From positions 372,001 through 436,000 of the forward strand of contig LSRY02000006.1 in the NCBI GenBank assembly GCA_001643675.2: a DNA stretch of 64,000 nt, read 5' to 3'. Shown piece by piece: positions 24,829 through 33,711 of the stretch. Made by a program: the position numbers and the translations under genes. The stretch is from Monocercomonoides exilis PA203. Taxonomy: Eukaryota > Protista > Preaxostyla. The notes beneath the pieces were generated by a model, which had not been told where the DNA came from, did no database searches, and was given only the letters and a program-made list of their open reading frames with translations. Within the stretch, counting starts at the first letter, position 1. Every line of letters begins with the position of its first letter.

Positions 24829-27800
24829 ATGAGAAATATTGCTGGCTGCTTTCTCTTTATTTTAGCAGTTGTTTGCAGCGGAAAGAGTTTCAAGGGAGAT
24901 GAAAAAAGCATCAAAAGCCGAAAAGCTGGAGCGGATGGAAGCGGAAGTCTATTGCAGCTGAGCATTGTGGAGAATAAATGGAATCTGAAGAACTCATCAG
25001 TGGATCTTGGAGGCCTATCGGTAATACAGACGTCTTGGAGTGGATCATCGCATGTTGACGAACATTCGACTTTGAGCATCAGCTGCAGCCAGATTGGATG
25101 GCTGAGTGCGGCATCTTCAAACATGATAATGGTGATGGGAGCGTTGAATTTGAAGAATGTTTCATTGAAAGACAATGGAGAGCTTTCAAAGACGAAGAGT
25201 GTGGCATTCATGGGGAAAGAAAGTGCATCGTTGCTGGTGAGCGACAGCAAGTGGAGAAATGTTGGATTTTGTGGGAAAGGAAGCTTTTTGAGAAGTGGCG
25301 AAGGAGGATTTGAAGCAATCAGGCACTGTGAGTTCGACAACATCACTCAAAGATATTTCATCGAAGAAGGGATGAAAGAAAGAACAATGATGAAGGCAAG
25401 CATACTGGAAGATTGCAGGATCAAGAGTTCGATGAATGTGCTGGAGGGAGGAGTTGTGGGAGGAACAGAAGGATCTTCTTTCTTTTCCTGCAGCAATTGC
25501 ACATTCCTCCAAAGCGAAAGAGTGGATTGGAAGATGAAAAACACTGAGCGAAATGAAACAACACAAAATCAATCGTATGTGAATGCGGAATGGAATGGAT
25601 GCTCTGCGCCTTGTGGAGGAGCGCTTTATGTCCACGATAATTCGAGTGCAACACTGACAGTTGAGAATTCATCATTTGTGAAATGCAATGCGACATATAC
25701 AAGAGGTGGTGGAATATTTGCTTTGAACATTGGAGAATGCACAGTTAAGCATTCAACATTTGATGGGTGTTTCTGTGCATCATCGGAAGACTGTGGAGGA
25801 GCTGGCGTTGAAATTGATGTATTGCATATTCAAGCGAGAATTGAGAATTGCTTCTTCAAGGATGGATGGTCCGGAAATGATGGCGGTGGAATTGGAATGT
25901 GGGGAGTTAGAGCAACAAAAACTTCAGATAGTGTTTTAGGTTGTTTTTTCAAAAACTGTAGTGGACATAACTCGACAAATGGAGATGGAGGGGGAGTATT
26001 ATATTGGACTGCAGTTGATTTTGTAGTTATAAAAAATTGTCTTTTTCAAGGATGCTCTTCAGATTATCAGGGAGGAGGAATAAGCATGCAAGTCAATAGT
26101 TTTGGAGGAAATCTTGTGTGGTTTTGCTTTTTCCACAACAATTATGCTCCAAAAGGAAATGATATTCAGGTTTATGACAACTTCGCAGATTCTCAACTTG
26201 TGTGGTGTTATTCAACAAGAACAGAAGGAGTGAGATATTATGCAAATGGTGATAAAAGCGAGTGGCTTCCGAATGATGGAGGGAAACGCAGATTTGTTGC
26301 TTCAAAGGAGAGTCAAGAGAACGCGAAAGACACATTCAGCTGTGGATTGAATGAAAGTTGTGCATGCTTATCAATCAGCCATTGCTTGTCCCAAATGATT
26401 TCTGGGTTTGTTGAAGAAATCAAAGTGCTTTCTGGAACAGTTGTGGAAGGAAAAGGAGTTGATGTTGGGGAGAAAGCAATTTCTGTGAATGGTGTTTCTT
26501 CATCTGGCTCTATCATTGAAACAAAATTTGAGGGAAATGGATTGAGTCTATTCTGTGTTGGAACAGGGAAATTGTGTGCAAGCGATCTGTCTGTGGTTCA
26601 CAACTCGTCATTTGAAAACAACAGACAATGCAGACTGTTTGAAATGAAGGGAAATGGATCGATGGATGTGAAGAGAATGAACATTTCAATGGATGCAGCT
26701 CATTCAGAGGAGAGGAACATTCAGAATTCGCTTGTTAAAATCGATGATGGAGAGTTGAAGATGCAAGATGTGATATGGGGTCAAACATTCGTAACCACAA
26801 GTTTGATATCTGTGCCCCAAGAATCGTCTGTAACATTGACCCTGGGCAACTGCACATTCAACAACATTGTGAAAACAGCAGCAGGATCATCGCTGATGAG
26901 TGTGGGTGAAGGGTCATATTCAATAACTTTTGAAGGATGCACGATTGATGACTGTGGAAGTGAAGACTCTGAGTTTGGAGGGGGTATGACGGTTGAAGTG
27001 GGAAGCGGGAATTCATTGAATGTGAAAGGAGGTGTTGTGAAGAACTGTTATGCCTCAGCCACTCAAGGGAGAGGAGGAGGGATTGGACTTAAAGCGAGAA
27101 ACGCAAATGCAGATTTTCTGATTTCATCAGCATTTGAAGGAAATAGGGCCAAATGGGGAAGTGATATCTTTGTTGATTCTCCCAATTTGGAATCAACTGC
27201 AACAAGTGGGAAAATCACTTCATTGACAGCTTCGTTTGATACAAAAAGCAAGATGCAGGGATATGAAAATGGGGATGAATCGTTTTCAATTCCGCTGTGT
27301 ATCTATTTGTGGAACAATTTTTCAGGATCTGCATTTGTTGGAGGAGGGTCATCGAGCCATGATTTCTCGAAGTGTGGATATGAAGAGTTTCCATGCTCCA
27401 CGATTGCGAAGGCAGCATCAGTCCACTTTGAAGGGAAGAAAAAGGATGTTGCTCTTCTTGAGCCATTTGCCTTTGAGGATGAATTGAGGTTGACTTCGAA
27501 TGAATGGAGCATCAAAGGAAAAGTGGGAAAAATAAAGTGTGATGTTTCTGATCAGAAAGAGGGAGCACAAAGAGGATTGATAGAGAATACAATCACTGCG
27601 TCTGTGATAGGTATTGTGTTTTCAATGAAAAAGTCACTGACTTTTCATGAAAGAGTGTTTGAGTGCTGTTCAGGGAAGCTTAAACTTAATGAATGTGGGA
27701 TGGAAGGAGGCACTGAAGCAATTTCTACAGTGCTTGTGAAGGCTATTGGAGGGGCTGTGGAGGTGAGTGAGTTTGCAACAAAGAATATGAAAATTGGAGA

Positions 27801-30800
27801 TTCATCGGTATTTGTTGTTGAAGGGAATGCCGAAAGTGTGCCTTCGATGAATATGACGAAGAGCGATTTTGGAGAAATGTCATTTGGGGATGGATGTGTT
27901 GTTGAGTGCCGCAAAGGGATTATTGAAGAGATGTCGGGATGCACATTTTCTTCTGTTTCTCGTTCGAAGGGAAGCGGAGGGTGCATACGTGTTGTGAACA
28001 ATGAGAATGATGATGATGGAAGAGATTACAAAGTGGAAATAAATGACTGCACATTTGAAGGGTGTGCTGTTGAAGAGGAGGGAACTGAGATTGGAGGAGG
28101 TGCGCTCTTTTATGAAGCATCAACATATACGAACCTGTTGATGAAAGAGTGCAAGTTTTATTGTTGCAGAGCACCATATGAAGGGGAACGTGTTGGATAT
28201 GGAGGAGGAATAATGCTGAAGATACTGAAAGAAGAAGAAGGAAAAGCAGGGTTTGTGATATCATCACCTGTTTTTTCATCTGACAAACCAAACAATGCGA
28301 AATATGGGAAGGATCTGTTCATTTCGTCTCCATCGCTTGCAAGCAGCGTCAAGAACGAAACTCTGCCATTTGTGAAAGACAGATTGGAGATGCTAACCGA
28401 AGACTCGATGAGAGGGCATGATGGAGGAGACAGAAAGTGTGCAATTCCCCTGATCTATTTCTGGAAAGCGATTGAATCGAGTGTGTATGTTGCACGGGAA
28501 GGAAACAATGTGGTTGTGTGTGGATTGGAAGAGTATCCATGTGGTTCTGTTGATTATGGGATAAAAAGAGGGAGTAACTTGGGGATTGAATCAATTGCAG
28601 TTCAGGGGATTTGTGATGTGAGGAGTGAAATGAGTGTGAGTGGGATGAAGGTTGAAGGAACAAATATGGAATCAGACAAAATCCAATTTGCTCAAGCACT
28701 TGAAGGGGATGAGGAGGCTGTTGTTGAATGCAAAGGAATTGTTCAATTCAAAGAAGTGGGGATTCTGATTCCCAGCTCCTTTGACAACGGAGCAAGCATT
28801 CTCATTCAGACAAGCTCAGACGCAATCAAAACGAGTATTGTTTGTTGCTCAATACATATGAGTGACAATGTGGAAGGCGAGGTGTCATTTGTGCTGATCA
28901 GTGCGAAAAAAGGAATTGTTGAAATTGAAAAGACAAAGATGACAGGATTCTCAACGATGCACGAGATTATGAGTTTATCAGCTGATTGTGTGATTACCAT
29001 GAGCGATGTGGCCTTTGAAGATATTTCATTGATTGGGAAAAGCGCAATTGCGATGAGTGAAAGTGTGATTTTCAAAAGTGGAAATGATAATTCAGAAGAA
29101 ATATGGAATATTGTATTTGAGCAATGCACATTCATGAATGTGAAGCACAGTGTGTCAAACAATCCCTCATTGCTTTGCTGTGATGTGCCGAATGAAGTGA
29201 GATTGAAAATGGAGAATTCCACAATTGATGAATGTGGATCGACAAGCTCGAATGAAGGAGGAGGAATGTTTTTCCTTCTCAACGAGAAAGGGAGTTTGGA
29301 GATTAATCACACAAATGTGACAGACTGCTTCTGCTCGAACAATGGGAGAGGAGGAGGGTTGTTTTTGAAATCAATGAGCGTCACACAGAAGGCATTGCCA
29401 TTTGTGCTGTCGAACATTTCATTCCGGGGGAATGTTGCATTGAAAGGGAGGGATGTGTTTGTGAAGTGCACTGATCTTGACTCGCAGATAAGTGAATCAC
29501 AGTTTCTGATTAATTTTGGAGAGCCGTTTGTGAAGGATCTGGCTATTTGGGGATGCACATCAGACAGTTATGGGGATGAAGAGGATCTGTTGGGGAGGGT
29601 GTATGTGTTCAGGAGCGAATTCATATTTGTGTCATCGATTGTGGGGAACAGCAGCAACAGCAAGAACTGTGGGGAAATGAAGGGTGCATGCTCATCGCTG
29701 AATGTTGGGGTGAGCCACATCATTCCTTCAGATTATTCACAGTTGTATATCTGGAATGAAACAGAATTGACTGGTTCATGCTCCGCTCAGAAGGTGGCAA
29801 TCAAGTCGATGGAAGCGAACAGAAATGCTGAGATAAAAGTGAGAGAGATTGAGCTTGAGGGTGAGGGAGTTGTGACAATTTCAGATTCTGTTCGAATTGA
29901 GAAAGTTTCATTTGTTTTTGGTGGAAAGGAGAATGTTGTCTGCTCGTCTTTAATTCTCCAATTGAATGGATCTGTCATTCTCGAATCTGTTTCATTCTTG
30001 TCAGAGAGTAGAACAACAGAGAATTCACATCCCCTTTTTGATTTTTCTCTTCTTGTTGTTGAAAATGGGATATTTGAGGCAGAAAAGTGCAATGTTGATC
30101 ATTTAAAAATATTGAAGCCTGTGTTCATGATATTGAATTCAGAAAGAGCAACTTTCGAAGAGCTAACGATTTGCAATGCCCAATGCACAAGCTCAGTGAT
30201 TAATTGTGGAAAGAGTGAGAAAATAAGAATTTCGAAGTTGGCAGCAACAAACATCACTCTGCAAGGCGAGTGTTCGATTTCGATTGGCCATGATCCTTCT
30301 TTTTCGCTTTCATTGTTGCATTCGTCGTTTGAACACATCAGCCGTTCGGCATCAGATGCATGCATTGTTCACTTGTCGAACATGAGATCTGCATTTGAAA
30401 TGTTCAACTGCTCTATTTGTGATTGCACATCAGACTCTGAGAAAGGAAGTCAGGTGACAATATCTTCGTCCAACAACGTTCTGATGGAATTGTGCAAGTT
30501 TGAGGGAAACACAATATCCGAATCGGAAGAAATGAATGGAAGTGCTGAAAAGATCTGCCAGTGGAATGGATCAGTTGTTGATTTCACAAGAAGTGAAGTT
30601 TCTTTGAAAGAATCAACAATTAAAAATTCCAGTGAAGGAGGATTGTCAGTGAGAGGAGGAAATGTGGTGATTGAGAAAGGAGAGTTTGTGAGCAACAATC
30701 CATCGATTGGAAAATATCCCTCAGCTCGGAGAAACATATTGTGTTCGGATTCTGCTCAGCTGAATATCATAAGTCTGAAGGGAGGAGATGGGGTTTATCC

Positions 30801-32541
30801 CAATTCATCGATGTGGATTCTGAATGATGGATGCAGTTTGATGGGGATTGTTGAGGAGCGAGCATCGCCATTGTTCATCCCCACAGTGCGATGGGTGGAG
30901 ACAGAGGAGAAGGAAGGGGTGCTGGATGTTGTGTTCAGAGGCACACTTCTTCTGCCATGCAACCTGTCGTTTCGGGTTGTTTCATCTGTGGGGGATGTGG
31001 AGCAGATGGAGACACACGAGATAAGTGAGTCTGGGTTTGTGAGCGAAGAGGAAGTTCGTGGCACAATTGGGTTGGAGATGGTGAGGGGAGCAGAAGCGAG
31101 TGCGGAAGTGAGGGTGTGCATCTTGTTTGGAGATGGCCATTCTCCCTCGGCAACTGAGTCATTCATCCTGAAGAACAGGAGCGAGGTTGAATCGAAGGGA
31201 GATGAAAGGATTGTTGAAGGTGGAAAAGAAGGGAAATCGATATGGCCAATCATTGTTGTTATATTGGCTGTGATGTTTCTAATTGTTTTCGTTGTTTCGA
31301 TTGCATTGGCGGTCAGATGGAGAAAGGTTAAAAATGAAGCAGAAGATCTGAGAGAGATTGTGAATGATAACATCAGAAAGGATCCGAAGGCGTTTGAGAT
31401 GGTGACGATGGAGATGTCGCCTGAGGAGCAGTGGAGAAGAGCTGAGAAGGAGGCAGAGAAGAAGAATGAAGAGAGGATCAAGAAGAGGGTGTATGGGAAG
31501 CAGATGCAGCACTCGGAATCATCAGAGCATCTTCTATCTGAGAGCGGATCGACTGAATATATCCTTGGAAGAGACTCAGACAAGATCCCTCAATGGATGC
31601 TGGAGAAAGATGAAGAAGAAGAGGAAACAAGGAAGAGAACTCCTTCTCCATCCATTTCATCAACTTCAACAACAGACACTGACACAACATTTGTTCGATC
31701 GGAGAGTCTGTGTCCCACAACCTCATCAATGTCAAATCTGGTGGATGCGATGGCCTGTTCATCACCTCATGAGAAATTGATTGTGGATCTGAGGGATTCA
31801 CTGTTCATGTTGCTTCATGGAAGGAATAAAACAAAAGAGATGCCAATTGGTTCATTGAAGGAGAGGGAGCAGACAGCAGCCCAGATCCTGTTCTGGGTGG
31901 CAAATGGAGCACTCCACTCATTTGATGAAATGGAAAATCCTCTTCAGTCATTATCCAGTTTGAGTCCTCACATTGTATTGTTCTCAGAACACATGGTGAT
32001 CTGCATTGTGATGCATTCTGACTTATTGTCTGATGATGACTCAGATTCGTCTTCCATCTCTTCGTCAACTGTTGTGACTTCTGCAAGTGATGATGACGAC
32101 GAAGATGATGACCCCCTGCCCTCGTCAGCCTTTGAGGATGAGGATGACTTTAAAAAAGAGTGTCTGAGGTGGAAGGCGCCTGAGCTGCTGATCAACAAGA
32201 AGATGGGAGCAACCAAGGAGTCGGTGGCATTCTCGATCGGGATGATGCTGTGGGAGTGTCTGACGCTCCAGATTCCGTTTGGTGATTATGAGGCAGAGGT
32301 GGCAGGGCAGAAGATCGTGAATGGGGAGAGACTGGAACTGAGGAGCATTGAAACTTCTCAGTTTTTGCGAGTTGTGAAGTGCTGTGTGGCATGGAAAGCA
32401 GAAGACAGGCCATCACTGACTGAGCTTCGGAAGGAGTTTATCTGTTTTTTTCCATCAGGCGCAACAATGCTGACGATTACAGATGCAATCAGAATTGAGG
32501 AACCGAGCGGTGGGAGCGAAGGATATACAAGAAACAAATGA
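24829..32541 (+). CDS. Giant intronless receptor-like protein, 2570 aa: signal peptide, modular Cys/Gly-rich beta-helix-like ectodomain, single TM, cytoplasmic TK/TKL-like pseudokinase
   Basis: The ATG at 24829 gives signal peptide MRNIAGCFLFILAVVCSG. Repeated GGA(L/I)/GGG(I/L) and CxF motifs as in Pmp/pectin-lyase-like beta-helices. TM ~31240-31320. Kinase C-lobe motifs LRWKAPE, FSIGMMLWE...IPF and DRPS. Confidence 0.88.
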   Translation: MRNIAGCFLFILAVVCSGKSFKGDEKSIKSRKAGADGSGSLLQLSIVENKWNLKNSSVDLGGLSVIQTSWSGSSHVDEHSTLSISCSQIGWLSAASSNMIMVMGALNLKNVSLKDNGELSKTKSVAFMGKESASLLVSDSKWRNVGFCGKGSFLRSGEGGFEAIRHCEFDNITQRYFIEEGMKERTMMKASILEDCRIKSSMNVLEGGVVGGTEGSSFFSCSNCTFLQSERVDWKMKNTERNETTQNQSYVNAEWNGCSAPCGGALYVHDNSSATLTVENSSFVKCNATYTRGGGIFALNIGECTVKHSTFDGCFCASSEDCGGAGVEIDVLHIQARIENCFFKDGWSGNDGGGIGMWGVRATKTSDSVLGCFFKNCSGHNSTNGDGGGVLYWTAVDFVVIKNCLFQGCSSDYQGGGISMQVNSFGGNLVWFCFFHNNYAPKGNDIQVYDNFADSQLVWCYSTRTEGVRYYANGDKSEWLPNDGGKRRFVASKESQENAKDTFSCGLNESCACLSISHCLSQMISGFVEEIKVLSGTVVEGKGVDVGEKAISVNGVSSSGSIIETKFEGNGLSLFCVGTGKLCASDLSVVHNSSFENNRQCRLFEMKGNGSMDVKRMNISMDAAHSEERNIQNSLVKIDDGELKMQDVIWGQTFVTTSLISVPQESSVTLTLGNCTFNNIVKTAAGSSLMSVGEGSYSITFEGCTIDDCGSEDSEFGGGMTVEVGSGNSLNVKGGVVKNCYASATQGRGGGIGLKARNANADFLISSAFEGNRAKWGSDIFVDSPNLESTATSGKITSLTASFDTKSKMQGYENGDESFSIPLCIYLWNNFSGSAFVGGGSSSHDFSKCGYEEFPCSTIAKAASVHFEGKKKDVALLEPFAFEDELRLTSNEWSIKGKVGKIKCDVSDQKEGAQRGLIENTITASVIGIVFSMKKSLTFHERVFECCSGKLKLNECGMEGGTEAISTVLVKAIGGAVEVSEFATKNMKIGDSSVFVVEGNAESVPSMNMTKSDFGEMSFGDGCVVECRKGIIEEMSGCTFSSVSRSKGSGGCIRVVNNENDDDGRDYKVEINDCTFEGCAVEEEGTEIGGGALFYEASTYTNLLMKECKFYCCRAPYEGERVGYGGGIMLKILKEEEGKAGFVISSPVFSSDKPNNAKYGKDLFISSPSLASSVKNETLPFVKDRLEMLTEDSMRGHDGGDRKCAIPLIYFWKAIESSVYVAREGNNVVVCGLEEYPCGSVDYGIKRGSNLGIESIAVQGICDVRSEMSVSGMKVEGTNMESDKIQFAQALEGDEEAVVECKGIVQFKEVGILIPSSFDNGASILIQTSSDAIKTSIVCCSIHMSDNVEGEVSFVLISAKKGIVEIEKTKMTGFSTMHEIMSLSADCVITMSDVAFEDISLIGKSAIAMSESVIFKSGNDNSEEIWNIVFEQCTFMNVKHSVSNNPSLLCCDVPNEVRLKMENSTIDECGSTSSNEGGGMFFLLNEKGSLEINHTNVTDCFCSNNGRGGGLFLKSMSVTQKALPFVLSNISFRGNVALKGRDVFVKCTDLDSQISESQFLINFGEPFVKDLAIWGCTSDSYGDEEDLLGRVYVFRSEFIFVSSIVGNSSNSKNCGEMKGACSSLNVGVSHIIPSDYSQLYIWNETELTGSCSAQKVAIKSMEANRNAEIKVREIELEGEGVVTISDSVRIEKVSFVFGGKENVVCSSLILQLNGSVILESVSFLSESRTTENSHPLFDFSLLVVENGIFEAEKCNVDHLKILKPVFMILNSERATFEELTICNAQCTSSVINCGKSEKIRISKLAATNITLQGECSISIGHDPSFSLSLLHSSFEHISRSASDACIVHLSNMRSAFEMFNCSICDCTSDSEKGSQVTISSSNNVLMELCKFEGNTISESEEMNGSAEKICQWNGSVVDFTRSEVSLKESTIKNSSEGGLSVRGGNVVIEKGEFVSNNPSIGKYPSARRNILCSDSAQLNIISLKGGDGVYPNSSMWILNDGCSLMGIVEERASPLFIPTVRWVETEEKEGVLDVVFRGTLLLPCNLSFRVVSSVGDVEQMETHEISESGFVSEEEVRGTIGLEMVRGAEASAEVRVCILFGDGHSPSATESFILKNRSEVESKGDERIVEGGKEGKSIWPIIVVILAVMFLIVFVVSIALAVRWRKVKNEAEDLREIVNDNIRKDPKAFEMVTMEMSPEEQWRRAEKEAEKKNEERIKKRVYGKQMQHSESSEHLLSESGSTEYILGRDSDKIPQWMLEKDEEEEETRKRTPSPSISSTSTTDTDTTFVRSESLCPTTSSMSNLVDAMACSSPHEKLIVDLRDSLFMLLHGRNKTKEMPIGSLKEREQTAAQILFWVANGALHSFDEMENPLQSLSSLSPHIVLFSEHMVICIVMHSDLLSDDDSDSSSISSSTVVTSASDDDDEDDDPLPSSAFEDEDDFKKECLRWKAPELLINKKMGATKESVAFSIGMMLWECLTLQIPFGDYEAEVAGQKIVNGERLELRSIETSQFLRVVKCCVAWKAEDRPSLTELRKEFICFFPSGATMLTITDAIRIEEPSGGSEGYTRNK

Positions 32542-33711
32542 ACTGTGAAATAAAATGACTGGAGAGGTTGATGAGGGAAAGAGAAGGAATAGTAGATTTG
32601 ACTGGGAAATATTTGATTTTGAATATTCCTTGTGTATGATTTGAGAGGGCTGTGCTGGTAAAATGATTGCAAGCTGTTTGTTCATCTGAGCAAACAAAAT
32701 TTTATTTTTCTTTTCATTAAATTTAATGTTTGATTTTTAATTTTAGAGAGAAGTTAATGGTGTTTTTTTTTAAAGTTATAAAAATCTCATTATATGAAAT
32801 AAAATTCAAATGTTATTTATAATCCTTGTGTTTTGCTATAAATTCAAAAATAAAAATATAGTTATTTTTTGATTGTGAATTTGTGAATGAGTTATCTTTT
32901 TCGATTTTTGATCTGAATCATAATTTAAAGAGGAGAATCATTTTTATTCCTTCTTTCGACTGTTAAAATTTTGTTTACTGTTTTATTAGTGAATGAAAGC
33001 ATTTTGTGGGAAAACGTTTATATTTAACAAGAAATGATTTATATTTTAATAATGAATTACAGGATGCTAACGAAAATAAGGTGTGTTAAAATCAAATGAA
33101 GGAAGAATTATTTTTGTATTTTTTTGATGATTGTTGAGATGATTAAAATATTTAATTTTTGCTGATAACATTTGATGTTATAATTTCGTGAACAATCTCT
33201 GATCGACAATTGTCTGATTTTGAACTTTTTTTAATTCTATTTAATTTTTTATTAATAGTGAGTTTAATTTATCATTTCTGAATTTTCAATGTTATATTTA
33301 TTTATCATGTTTTTTAATTTTGTATTAAGAATTATGAATTGAGTTAGAATCATGGATTTATTTGTATTGTTTTTTTTTTCCCAATGATTTTTTTCAATGA
33401 ACATTATACCTTGAAATATAAAAATAACAGAAACTTTTTTAATTGAAAAAAATGATGTAAGTTGTGTATCTTACTCAATTTTTTGATTGATGATAATATG
33501 TTGAAAGATACATTCAAAAGTTTGCTTGAAAAATAATTATAACAAATAAATTGTGAAAATCTATTTGAAATTAGCGAACCTTTCTTTTATAACGACATGA
33601 CATAACGCTAACTTATAATGAGAAAAAAAGGAAAATACCAACCATTATAAATGTTATAAACAATTTGTTTGAATTTTCCAGGCTATTGACTTGCTATAAA
33701 GAGATTAATTT

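Noticed and set aside
30795-31583. Near-identical antisense ORFs here and at 62598-63425
   Set aside because: They follow from the duplicated sense-strand DNA and codon bias; there is no independent coding signal.
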